From positions 124,001 through 188,000 of the forward strand of contig JALDZX010000002.1 of NCBI GenBank assembly GCA_022813865.1: a DNA stretch of 64,000 nucleotides. Direction: 5' to 3'. The stretch is from Xylographa opegraphella (taxonomy: Eukaryota). Shown piece after piece: positions 21,994 to 34,565 of this stretch. A program made the translations under genes and the position numbers. The notes below the pieces were generated by a model. It searched no databases. It was not told where the DNA came from and saw only the letters and a program-made list of their open reading frames with translations. Within the stretch, counting starts at the first letter, position 1. The number at the start of each line of letters is the position of its first letter.

Positions 21994-24210
21994 GTTGCTA
22001 TACAGGGTTCTGTTTGTTGACAGCGGTGTGTTCACGAGTGACCACTGTTGCTGCGGATAGTATTATATGAGGTTTAACGGTGTATGTCACTTGGTCAAAA
22101 CTAAGCTCAAGCTGAATAATACGAGGCGCAAAAGGCGGTAGGCTCGCTTCTGTCGCGTTCTATGCTTCTAGAACACCGCTAAATCGATGCCTACCTGTAG
22201 ATTACTTTCGTACGGAGGTACCTTGTCTACCTTGAACAAACCCTGGGTATTTCAGGCTAATCGGCTTGACAGGTGGTTTCGGTGGCAACAGATCCTTGTT
22301 CCATCTTTTGTCCACGGAGGATACGTAAGACTTACCGAGCTCAAGATTGCAATGAAAACACTCGGAGTTGGCAGGTATCGAAGATGAGAACAGTACATGC
22401 AAAAGGCCCATGAAGGTAAAAATGTTTGGAAAAACCAAATTACCGCGTACATAAGTCACACTTCTTCATGTTTACAGACAGGGTTCGATGTAGGTATTTT
22501 TACCACATGGCTACCTTGATGCATCAGTAGAAGTCTATTAGCCATTGTCTCGACCCCCAAGCCGGGGCACCGTAAAGCCATGGATTGTGTACTTTTCACG
22601 ACAACTTATATATCAGCTTGATCGATCTTTTACCATCAATTTTTTACTATCTTGGTGACTGCCTGTACCAAATGTGAATTTATTTTAACGAGGGAAGGGT
22701 TCAACAATTATTCGAGATCACAAAAACCGACTACTGGTTGCCTATCCGATTCAAGAACCGTGAGTTCCGAGCGGAGCTGCCAGATAATGACATCCGGAGG
22801 GTACTTGAGACGCGGAAGGATTCAATAGGCATGGACACGCAGGTTCGATGGCCCTGTCCGCTGATGAAGTAGCCGCAGTGTCTTTTCGAAAGACTGTATG
22901 TATCTTGCTGACCGCCCTCGCTTCCTCCCCTTTTCGCACTTCAAGATGGCGCCCAAATTCTCAACCTAGAAATTGCATCTGCGAAATAGGGGATCGTGAC
23001 TTGGGGCACTTCGATTTTGTCACAATCCTAGGCGATGTTATACATTCTGTGAGTCCGTTAGCCGGCGTTGAAGCCACTCCAGCTCTCCACGATGCCTCCA
23101 TACTTTGGCGAAACCTAGGAATCAAGGGCTTTTAGCAGAGAGTCCAGGAAGATAACAAGCGACGATGAGGCAGTGTCCAGGCGAGGCAATGAATGGAGTG
23201 TTTTAGAGGAAAGGGCCTGTTTGGCTTGCGACATTTCGAAGAGCTGAAGCCACTGATACCCTTTCCAAGTAGGATTAGCAAATATGACGAGCGAGGCGAT
23301 GAAAGTAGGTTGGATTTTCGATGTAATTGAGCCGCGCTTTCGGGTCTCTTTCCACTTACCCCTCAGCTCAATTGGCTGCTCTTATCAGGGAGTAATGCTG
23401 AATACACTCTGTATTTACGTAGCATGATGTTGAAGGCGCTCTTCATTGAAGTAGCATGTTCCAAAACTAGAGTCCCGAAAGACTTTCTCGGTCGATCGAA
23501 GGCTTTCCGGATACCATGTATTATGGTTTGTTTCATCCGATGATGAGAGTTGAAGCCGAATTTACACAGAATAACTGTGTCCAAACAAGGGTGTTACAAA
23601 ACAACCTGATAGATCCCACAGTGTGAATTGACACCAACGGCGGGTCTGAATTTCACCTTGAGTATCTCTGGCATCTCATCTGTTTCACTCAGCAAGCACG
23701 ACAGTGTTTCCGCAAGAACCCTGCCACATGGAAATGATTGCACATCCGCGGTAGCCAATCAGCGGCGATGGAAGTGCTGTCCAAGTCCGCGACTAAACCA
23801 CATACGCGTGCAAGGGTCGACGGTCGGAAACAACCCCATCCACATTCTGCAAAACATTCTTCGGCAGCTGTGTGATTGTGTTATCTGTCCGTCCCCAGCG
23901 GCTTCGAACGACCACTCTACGACGCGGCGAAATATGATGCGCCATTCTCGAGAGTTAACGATATAGAATCTGGTCAACGCGACCCCGCGCAACATCGGAT
24001 CAACCCATTCCACACCCATTACATCTTTATTGTTGCCCGAATCAGCTTCACAGCAATCACAACCCAAGTCGCTATCCAGTCCGTGTAAATGCTACGAATA
24101 TCGGCGACCGCAAGCCATACAGAGCTTATATAGTAATCACCAAAAATCGGTCGACTAATAGTAGTGTGTGCCATCAATAACTGAGCAACGTCTTGGGACA
24201 TACAGTCGCC

Positions 24211-27200
24211 ATGTCTACATCAGGAGCCAATTCCACGCCTCATACAACAAGAACGGATCACGGAATTGACAGTATCCACAACAACGACGATCCCTTTACC
24301 AATGGCACCGGCCCAGGGCCTCGACGGCAACCGCATCGATACTCGTCTTTCGACACGCAGCTATTTGCCCTTAACCATAGTTCTTCTTCGCCATCTCAGG
24401 CTAAGCGAGCACTTGAAGCCCATCTTACAGAAACAGATCGACGGTTGGAGGAAGCTTCGAGGCTGGGGACCGCACTGGTCAAGCAACGAAAGGAGCTCTC
24501 CGATCGGCTGAACGAGGTCGAGCAGCAGAAGGGGGATCGCGAGATTGGGCCAGAGCTACGACAGAAGCTGATCGAAGTCGAGAAGGAGTACAATGAAATC
24601 GGACGGGATAGTGCAAGGGCGTTCCTTGGTGCGAAGAGCCGACTGCAGAATCCAGAAGATGTGGGCAATGGACACGTAATAGCGGACACAAGAGTACAGT
24701 CATGTCGATTTCTGTCCATTTTATACACTGGCCAAGCTAATCAAAATACTAGCGTGCAGCCAGTCCATCAAAATTTACAAGCCAAGCGACCGATTCTCCT
24801 TCGAAAGTTAATGTACCGTCACGTAAACAACGGAATCAGCCATCGAATCGAGTACATGACATTGAATTCGTAACTGAAATCACCACTTCCCTAATGGTAC
24901 AAGTCCGGCAACTGCAAGGTCTGCTCGCCGAGCGGGATGAGGTTCTCAAATCAATCAACCTTGAAAAGTCGCGGCTTGAGCTAGAAGCTGAAGGATTTTC
25001 TCAAAGGCTGAAGAGCCTAGACGATAGCGAGCAACGCTACAAGGATGAAAATTGGGCTTTGGAGACCCAGACGCACAACCTAATCGCAGCGGCGAAAGAG
25101 GGTGCCGATCGAGAGCAGCGTCTTCAGCAAACTTTAGCTTTGACCGCGGTGGGAAAAAATAGTGCGCAGAGAGAACTCGACGATATCAAGCTCGCGCATG
25201 GGAAATTGACTGAAGACCATGCAAGTTTGGTTAAAACTCACGAAGCAGAGCTTGCTGGCCTACGAAGGAATATCAGCGGCGCAGAGAGCGAGAGGGACTA
25301 CTTGAACAAGAGAATCGAGGAGCTAACCTCGCAAAATCAGGAGCTTGCAAGGGCAGTAGCGGGCAGATTCAGGGAAGAGGATACAATGCCAGCGGGAGAA
25401 ATGCTTTCCGAACCAGACGACTTGTCTTTAGCACGATCTGACCACGAATATTCACCTCCAGCATCACCGTCGAAGGGCACAACGAGACAATCTGCGTTGG
25501 AATCTGAGACACTCAAGAGTTCCCTCCATCATGCCCATCGAATGATTCAAAATCTCAAAAGCAACATTCATCGGGAAAAGACCGAGAAGCTGGAGCTGAA
25601 GAGAATGCTACAGGAGTCTAGAGATGAGCTGGAACTTCGAAGGGGCGAATCGAACGGACAAGCGAACGGCAATAAACGGCTGAAGTCTAGGTCCCAAGTC
25701 GACATTTCCAAGAAGACTTCAAGACCCAGTGCTCTCGGCATGGGGCGAACAAGCAAGACGGATATTGAAGTTGATGACAATGACTGGGAAGAGCATGCCG
25801 GTGATGATACCCACCGTAGTGCTGCAAAAACAGACGTGCTCGATACAGCCTCGAGGGCTGTTCCTAGTGCACTGGGAGACACAAGCGACGCCTATCAGAC
25901 TGCAAATGAGACCGAGGACGCCTTCGAGACCGCCAATGAACGAGAGACGTCAACCGAAAACGAGGCCTTCCAGACAGGCAATGAAGCCTTAGCTGGAGAA
26001 AGTAGCGATGAATTGACCGAAACAGAAGGTGGTGTTGGTCGTGGTGGCACTGTCCGAGAAAAGAAAGTAACATCACTAGTAATAGCCAAGCCAGGGCAAA
26101 GGTCATCTTTCATCAGCACAGCGTCGACTTCTGGAAGCGACGAAGAACGCGAAGTTAAGACACCCCAGCATTCGCAACCTCAAAAATACCGCTTGAAAAT
26201 AAATCGTGGCACTCGTCGCTCGCGTATAGGTAGTGAAGGCCCAGCAAGTAGTGGACCATCTAGCATGAAAAATTCACCGGCGAGTTTCATGAGTACCAAC
26301 CTTCAGAACGGCCAGAGCCTCTTCGCCGAGCTTGGTGAACTCAATGGCGAGGACAGCGGTGACGAGCAAGTTGGTACGCCTAGCAGAGTAAGCCTGGCAT
26401 CACGTCAGTCTACGCCAGCCAAAAGGTCCCTCAGTGCGAGGCAGAGCTTTGTACAGTCTCGTGATGCATCTATTACACGAATGCCTATGGTAGACTCGAG
26501 TACGATGACGGAGACTTCAATGGTTTCGACGCCTGAAGATATCAGCGACTCGACCACAGCGATGTCTGCAAGCCCTCGAATGAAGGACGTTGGAGTGCAA
26601 AGAACGCCGGTAACCACCCCTCAAAAGGCTACAGCTTCGACTTCCACTTCGAGCACACCTCGTATGGCGTGGGATCAACCACTACAGAATTTTGCTGGCA
26701 GTATCCCGACTTTCTGGCCTACCTTGAACGGTACTCCAACTCCTACAAAGCGTGTGTATTCTGAAGCCGTAGACGATCAAAGAATTCGGGATTCGCCCTT
26801 GGTCAACATGCCGCCAAAGTCATTAACGAATACTCACCCCTTGCCCGTTGGAAACGAGGCGGAGGCAGTTGGCCACTCGGACGCTGTCGCTTCGCAACAG
26901 CTGCTATCCTTCTCTGAAATTTCGTCTCTTGAATCAAAGCCTGTTGAACCAGTCACGCATGTCCCGGCTATACCATCTCGAGACGTGCGGCGAACTGCTG
27001 TCGCTGATGATTCTGCAACTGCACTGTCTGAAGAGGACAACTTAGAGCGGAATGAGCCGACTAGAGGTGGTATGATGGGCTCGATGTTCGGCTGGGCAAG
27101 GAACAGGAGGCAATCTACACCACAAATCGCAGAAGACGAGGTCAGTCAAGAAACGGAGAAGCAACCATCAAGTCAACAGGGACGTACACCATTTCAAGAG

Positions 27201-28906
27201 GTGCCTGCGAATATTGTTCAGCGCGATCAAGCGAGTAAAGAAGGGATGGCAACTTCAAAGAAGAACGTCTCGGTGAAAATGGCAGATCAAAGCTCACAAA
27301 CAATCCTACTTGCAGAACAAATCGATAATGCATTGAGCAGCAAGATGAGTAAACCCACTGCATCGACGACTGGCGGTACTCAGCGGTCACTGGCAAATAT
27401 GATGAAACCTCTGTCAGACATCGGCGCCGCGATATCACCTCCACTGACCGTGGACACTTTGCGCTCGAACGGCAGATCAAGCTCTGTTCGTGAGGCCGCG
27501 CCACTCACAAAGTCTATGCGCCGTACTACCAGTTCCGGTAGCATTCGATCAGTCACGACTGATATGCCCCCGTTACCTCCAGATCATCGGCAAGCCATCG
27601 CTGCTGCTGTACAGCGTGCCCCGGTTCCCGAAGGTACCGCGATAATCATGGGACCACCGCTCGCACCTGCGTCGGCCTACAGACCAGTCTCCAACGTGCC
27701 TCGTACTCCAAGCGAGTCCCGAGTGCAGAGTCCTACAAGTAGGAATAGCGCAACTCCTCGAGCACGATACTCCACAGCAAGGAGTCAATTGTCACACAGA
27801 TCCTCGAGAACCTCCTTTGAATCTGAGCTGGATGCAAGATTCAATATTCGAGCGGATGGAATGCCCATGTTACAAGGTATGGATAGTGGTGCAGACCCTC
27901 GCATGATCCAAGCCATTACACAGACTATGATCGGGGAATATCTCTGGAAGTACACACGTAAAGCTGGACGCGAAGATATGTCTACCAATAGGCATCGGAG
28001 GTTCTTTTGGATCCATCCGTACACTCGGACATTATACTGGAGCGACCGAGACCCATCCACAGCAGGCCGGGCTCAGCTGAAAGCAAAGAGCGTTGCTATC
28101 GAAGGTGTTAGAGTCGTAACAGATGATAATCCTATGCCGCCTGGTCTGCATCGCAAGAGTATCATGATCCTTACTCCAGGGCGCGCAGTCAAGTTCACCG
28201 CCGCCACTGGCCAGCGTCACGAAACGTGGTTCAACTCCTTATCCTACCTAATCCTTCGCACTGGCCAAGAAAGTGCTCAGTATATCGATGAGAACGGACT
28301 TACCGCCGAAGAAGTCGCCGCAGAGTTCAATCCCTCGAACATCGGCTCCAGTCGTAATCGCTCATCCCGCGTTGGCCGCGGTTCCCGCGCGTCCCTTTCG
28401 ACGTACAACAGCCGTACCAATGTCACTGCTTCCAAGACTTCGTCTCGCAACCAGTCCCCAAATCGTGGAGTGTCAGCCATGTCGACTCGCGCGAGAGACA
28501 TGTCCACCTCGACGCGCCAGTCGGAGACGAAGCACGACTCGATGGCCTCTCGGTTTTCTGGCTATTGGCGACCGAACAACCGGATGTCCATTCGAGGATC
28601 CATGTCTAGCAGACATGGCGCCAATAGTGCCCAGCAAGACGGAGGATTCTATGACGCTAGCGTGGTTCATGATAGCGCCGAAGATCTGAGGCAGGTGATG
28701 GCTAAGCAGGAGGAGGATGCGGATCGTCTGGAAAACGTACGGGCTTGCTGTGATGGTGAGTGCTCCCTCGATCTGATTTCTTGAGACGCTAAATTACTGA
28801 CCGTCCTGTTTCAGGCAAGCACGACGTCGGGTCGCTGGCGAAGAGAGGAGGACCAGGCGCCAGGATGAGCAGCCAGACCAGCCGACATTCGCATTCGCAA
28901 GCGTAG
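24211..28906 (+). CDS. apsA: Nuclear migration / cortical dynein anchor ApsA (Num1); introns 24694-24752 and 28756-28814
   Basis: N-terminal coiled coil; C-terminal Mcp5-type PH domain (MIQAITQTMIGEYLWKYTRK...RHRRFFWIHPYTRTLYW); end LENVRACCDG|KHDV. Confidence 0.92.
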
Positions 28907-29275
28907 CCGAAGCCGATACGACTAGATTGATGTCACCAACAGTTTCCTAATTTAGTTGTGTACATGCACCTACGAGTTTCTAACCAGTCGCAGCAAGCAC
29001 ACCGTGCTCCCTATACTTCTACAGCAATTTCTTATGTTTACGGCGGTCTAGCGCGTTAGGTTTTGGAGCTATAACGACGGGAGGATTTTAAACACGTCTC
29101 AGAATGGTTTTTTTTTTTTTTTGCGCAAGTGCGATTCTGTTTATAGGCTATACGCCACTGTGTGTGCGACGTGCTGTGGGTAATCGTAATCATATCTCGT
29201 TATCTAAAATACTATCCATTGCACCCGTAAAAGGATCGTGCCCATGTAAAGGACGGTCCCAATGAATGGATTATG

Positions 29276-31198
29276 CTATGTCTGAACCTTCTGCTGCTGC
29301 TGCTGCTGCCCTTTGCCTTTCTCCTCCCCAGGCTGCCAGCCGAAGAGGTCAAATACTTCCCGACTCCAGGGCCCTACATCGGTGTCTAGCGCGGGTGCTG
29401 CGGTCCTCGGTTTCGTGCTGGGCCTGCCGGCTGGGACGCTGCGCGAGTGGGTGAGGTCTGAGGTAGAGCGGGAGGGCGGGGCTCGGGTGGAACGGGCGGT
29501 GGAGTTGCTCGCCGAGAGGGCTTTGCGGAACGGGGAGCGCCGCGACATGGGGCCGGGTTGGAGCTGTGGGGCCGGTAGTGCGAGGTCTGGGATGGGTGGC
29601 TTTGTAGCTACTTGCCGCTCGGGGGTCAAGGCCTTAATGCTATTATCAGGGGGTTGTGGGTTCGGAAGGACGGGGCCGTGGAGTCTGTTGTTTGGCGGCT
29701 GTGGTGGTTTGTCGTTGGCTATTACTGGAGGTGGGTCGGGTTGCAGGAGGAGGATTTGGTCCATTGTCGATAGCCAATCTTTTGCCGGTAGGGCTTCTTG
29801 GCTGACGAAGAGGGACTCTTCTGCTTTCTCTGCTCCAGTGTTTTCTGCTTCGTCTGGCGGCTCGGAGGGTTCTGCTGTAGCTCCTGGTGACGGTATGCCA
29901 TCCCTGTTTTTCAACCTGTCATGATCAGCCGCATTGATGTCGGAATAGTCCGGTGTTGCCGATCGTTGACGGCTTTGACGCTTCGCGAGTTTTGCTTGCA
30001 GTAGGTCTTGCTGAACTCGACGGAAGACCTCTAGATCATCGAGCGGCTGGACCTGCTCGGAAACGGGCGACTTCCGACTCTTTCGTTGGTGACATGTCTC
30101 TGCCGCTAATTTATTGTTTTTGTTGTTCTCGCATGCTAGCAACGACGGCGCTGTCTTTGGCAGAAGCTCCCGGTACATGAGCTTCTTCCTACCCTTGCCC
30201 GATGCAATTCGCAGAGGATTGATGGGTCTGGCTTCTTCCCTGCCTGCGTCGACGCCTCTAGTGGTCGCTTTTCGCCGAGGCGAGGTAGCCAGTCGAGAAG
30301 GCACAGGTGCGAGAGCCACAGAGGGTGCGGAGGGAGTGACAGGCTTCCGCGAAGATTTTTGGGGCTTCATCGCAGCTATGACTGGCTTGTCTGATGGATT
30401 TGGCTTTGGACGGCTGGGTTTCTCTGGTCCTTTTATGGGACTCGAAGACATTCGACTCTCATTGTCAGAGTCGACAATTATGACCTGATGGGATACAGGC
30501 TTCATGGGGATCGCAGCGGTAGTGAGCATGGCCTTGTTCGTTTGCTTCACTGGCTGAGCAAGGGGAGTGGTGTGCTGACTTGTATCCAGAGCTGTAGCTC
30601 CACGGGACGCTCCCTCAGCGTCTAGTCTCTGTCTTTTCAGCGGCCGCTCCGCCTCCAGAAATTGACGATTTTCGGTCTTCCGATTTTCATATGGGGATTT
30701 AGTTGGAAGCAATGCTCGTCCATAAGCTCCCCTTGGAGTTCCTAATAGCGCATTCAAAGACTTCGGCCGTAGCTGCGATGGAGCTGAGACATTTGGCCTG
30801 GCAGTCCCATAACGGTCGGAGCTTGAGCCAATGGTATTTCTAGGGGATGTATCTTGCGCCGGCCGTATCTTTTCCAATAATTCTGCTAGATCTTGCTCCG
30901 TCCTGCCCGTTTCCTCCCCAACCTGTATCAAAACACCTTTGTCCAACTTGAGTTCGTCACCATCCTGTACTGCTCCGTCCTCCCGCCAATGGGAATCGCC
31001 AATGAAGTTCCTCTCGATATCATACACCATTACCCTCTTGTTGAAGGTGTGGAAACGTAGGAACCCATCCTGCCACCGCTTTTTTTTCTGTCGCAAGTCG
31101 TGCGTGTAGAGACATCGAAACTCCAGAATAGGTGCTGTATTCTGTGTAGCAGGGATCGCTAGACTGGCACTGACCGGTCTAGCTGCTGAAGCCATCAT
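29276..31198 (-). CDS. DUF2439-domain protein (Mte1/Dbl2/ZGRF1 N-terminal-like)
   Basis: EFRCLYTHDLRQKKKRWQDGFLRFHTFNKRVMVYD followed by a long low-complexity tail ending GPWSREVFDLFGW. Confidence 0.85.
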   Translation of the reverse strand: MMASAARPVSASLAIPATQNTAPILEFRCLYTHDLRQKKKRWQDGFLRFHTFNKRVMVYDIERNFIGDSHWREDGAVQDGDELKLDKGVLIQVGEETGRTEQDLAELLEKIRPAQDTSPRNTIGSSSDRYGTARPNVSAPSQLRPKSLNALLGTPRGAYGRALLPTKSPYENRKTENRQFLEAERPLKRQRLDAEGASRGATALDTSQHTTPLAQPVKQTNKAMLTTAAIPMKPVSHQVIIVDSDNESRMSSSPIKGPEKPSRPKPNPSDKPVIAAMKPQKSSRKPVTPSAPSVALAPVPSRLATSPRRKATTRGVDAGREEARPINPLRIASGKGRKKLMYRELLPKTAPSLLACENNKNNKLAAETCHQRKSRKSPVSEQVQPLDDLEVFRRVQQDLLQAKLAKRQSRQRSATPDYSDINAADHDRLKNRDGIPSPGATAEPSEPPDEAENTGAEKAEESLFVSQEALPAKDWLSTMDQILLLQPDPPPVIANDKPPQPPNNRLHGPVLPNPQPPDNSIKALTPERQVATKPPIPDLALPAPQLQPGPMSRRSPFRKALSASNSTARSTRAPPSRSTSDLTHSRSVPAGRPSTKPRTAAPALDTDVGPWSREVFDLFGWQPGEEKGKGQQQQQQKVQT

Positions 31199-31729
31199 TG
31201 TAATGATCTTCAGCTTCGGAAGAATCAAGTGCTTTTAGCATGGGTATGAATATCAGATATACTAATCGCGGCTTCATCGCGCACCCATAGACTTCAACGG
31301 ATCTCTCAGAGCGAGCAGTGATATCAAGCCCGTGAATGCAGAAATACCATAAAATTCAGCGCGTGGTGTTCGTGGTGTGGGACACCTGGGTTGACATAGG
31401 CTATAGTAAAAGTGACAGGGGGTTCTTAAGACCTATTGTTTTAAGTTAGTGGGTGGGCGAAAGCCTAAATAATAGCTACATATTCGGAATTTAGCAACAG
31501 CCTTATCCGAAATGTGAAACATCCCGCTCCCCAGACGCCCTCGGCCCCCAACATCCATTCTCCCACCCACTGCTCTCTCTACAAGGATCAGCTGGGCTTG
31601 GAGTGTCCTAGTCAGATCTTTCTGCTTTCTACTTCTCTCAATGCTTTCCACCATTCTCTATCGCCCGTCACAGCAACTTTTCGACAACCACAGCTCCCTG
31701 TCCCGAACAATACTAAGGACTTCAACACA

Positions 31730-33438
31730 ATGCAGAGTATGCAAAGGAGGTTTGGGAAACTGCTCCCACGCACAGCAGATGAATCCCAAGTCGCCGTTTT
31801 GCTAAAAGACTTTGAAGATGCTGATAGAATGCTGGCGAAGGTAAAAACTCCCTTTTGAAGGTGCCGAGATGAGTCTGACTTTCAGCTGTGCAGCTTATTG
31901 ACGCAACGAAAGCATGGCGGGACTCCTGGCGAGATATATTTACCATCCAACAACGCCTCATAAATGAGTTCCAAGGGATATATAGCCCAATAATCGGGGC
32001 TGGGGACGGTCATTCTGCACATGAAGCTGTCCTCACGCCTCAACATATTGTGGAAAGGGTTGTTAAGCTTCAGGAGGTCTACACAGATCTCAAGGCCGAT
32101 ATGTTAGAAGAGGTTAACCTGGTCGATGAGCGAATTATCAAGCCTGCCACAGACGCCAGGGATTACATACATCCGATGAAGAAAGTGATCAAGAAGCGGC
32201 AGGATCGTAAGGTGTGTCACCTGGAATCTTATCGGTTAACCTTCGCTCAACAATGTGTAGCTTGATTTCGAGAGGTATCAAGGTAGATATGATGCAGTGC
32301 AGAAAAAAACATCAAGGACGGACAGGGAGAACAATGCCCTTCTAAAGCATGAAACGGACCTGTCCATTGCGAAAAAGGTTAGTTCCATCTTTTTGTTCCA
32401 GAACTAGGCTATACAACAAGGTGGATCTTCCAGAGATGGAGAAATCTCAAGACTTCCCGCAGCTGATCGTGAACGTGACTACTATTGCCAATTATCACGA
32501 TTTTCGCATCAACATATCATCATACTAATAGAGATTAGGAGTACACCATCGCAGACGAAAAGCTCAAAGCCTCCTTACCCCCTATCGTTATTGCCGCTTA
32601 CTCAATACTACCTCATCTTCTCAATGCACAAATAATGATCCAAAATACACTCGTAGGTCAATACTATACGCTGTTGCACAACTTCTGCGAGGAAGAGCAA
32701 TATCCATCTCCACCTCCCCCCATGAGCGACGTAATTGCCGTGTGGGACGAGGATTTTCGACCTGTTCAGCATGAAATTGAGACCAATATTTCTCCCATAG
32801 CAACTGGCAAGGCCATCAGACAACCCATGAAGCAAGAGGACCGTCCACAAGGTAGTACACTGACCGGCCTCAATATCCGAAACGGGTTTACGACTCGGAA
32901 AACAAGCAGTCAGAGCGTTAACAATGGGCTTCGGCCCTCGGTATCCCCGAACAGAAGCGACCATTCGGGACCTCCATCTCCAAATCCGGAGACGAAGCCA
33001 TTGCCAAATTTCGATACCAGACCACGGATATCTTCCGTTCCCTCTCAGACAAGCCTCGCCTTGGCTACCCCAAATTACTCACACGCGGGCTCTCCCTCTC
33101 CTTCTGAGCTCTCCGCTCCGCAGTTACACGCCCCTGCCGGCCCGCGGGGAGATTACTTTTCTCGTGACAGAATTCCTTCTTCGTCTTCTGCACTGTCCGC
33201 TCAAGCAGCTATGAAGAAGAAACCTCCGCCGCCACCGCCAAAGCGAACGCCGAGCTCGCAGGACTGTTGGGTCACCGCGCTGTACGATTTCGCGGGACAG
33301 GGACAGGGGGATTTGGTATTCCGCGAAGGCGACCGGATCAAAGTTGTCAAGAAAACAGAAAGCAAGGACGATTGGTGGGAGGGTGAATTGAAAGGAGTCC
33401 ACGGAAGTTTTCCTGCGAACTATTGTCAAGTGGTATAA
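31730..33438 (+). CDS. BAR and SH3 domain protein (Rvs167/amphiphysin-like); exons 31730-31840, 31894-32211, 32261-32377, 32539-33438
   Basis: Helical BAR-like N-half (KKRQDRK|LDFERY), KKKPPPPPPK, C-terminal SH3 ALYDFAGQGQGDLVFREGD...WWEG...FPANY. Confidence 0.9.
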
Positions 33439-34565
33439 GGGAGTTGTTTTTAGTCTTACTTTTGTTGATAGTGCAGCCGGTGATTGCCTGGTATATAGTA
33501 ACGGCGAATTTGGTTATCATTCAAAATGAGAAACGTGGAACGTCTCGAAGGCTATGCGATTCCATTTCTTCGGTAATATACTGCAATACAGCTGTTTTGT
33601 ATTATCATGATATTACGGTTGAAGATCACCCATTCAGTATTCCCTGTACACTTGGTGGAATGATCAACCGTCTTTCGCTATCTCCAAGATCTCCAAACCT
33701 TTGCAACAAGTATATGCAGATTGCATCGACATTTCTCAACGCATGGCCCAATCACAGAAGCAGCAGCAGCACAAGCGGCGACGGGTCTCGCTTCTGCAGA
33801 TTGTTGTCCAAAAAGGACGGAGTTGAGACGGACGTCCCGGACCACGAGAAGACTAAGTATCTTGGGTCGGCAGCACCGATCCAATAGCCGCCGCATCCAT
33901 GGTGGAATCTGGCACGTCTCATGGCCACGACCTTTTTTCGCGCTTGGGTCAGGGCTGTCCTTAACATAATCGCTCCATCCGTATGGTCGTCTGTTCTACG
34001 AAAACATGTTACGTAGTTGGGTGTTTCTGGAACACCGTTGCCTGGATGATGCGTCGATAGCCTGTCTGGTAGAAACACACGTCTAGCAGTGACTCGGCTT
34101 TGGTTTTCCCTCTGCATTTCTATTCTTTAGCTTTGTGTCATCGGTGGCTGGTGTTTTTCGTAGTCTTGGCAGCAGGACCGGGATATTGGGTGTCGTCTGC
34201 GCCGCCGAAATTGCGAGGGTTGTGTGTCTCAGTGAACTGACTACTGAGTTCACTGGACTTTGGCCTCCGTGTGAAGTCATGTGTTAAGAACTGCACCACG
34301 TAAGATTTGAGAAGGAAATTGGAGGAAATGAATTGGGTGAGCGTCGAGTGGGGCCAAGGTTGGGACATGCAGAGAAGTGGCAGGCAATACTTTGGTAGGA
34401 CGGATCTGCAAGGGCTGTTTCAATTCGCTTTCAAAATTTCTGCCATTTCTATGTCTGATCAACTAGTGACTGAGACATCATCCCCATCGAATCTACGAAA
34501 ATCGAAATCAAACCTAATCAAACAGCAGACAGGCAGTTAGCGCGTGGAATGGACCTGATGGTACT

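Noticed and set aside
33680..34460. Short minus-strand ORFs between the BAR-SH3 gene and the pseudogene
   Set aside because: No recognisable domain or consistent splice structure
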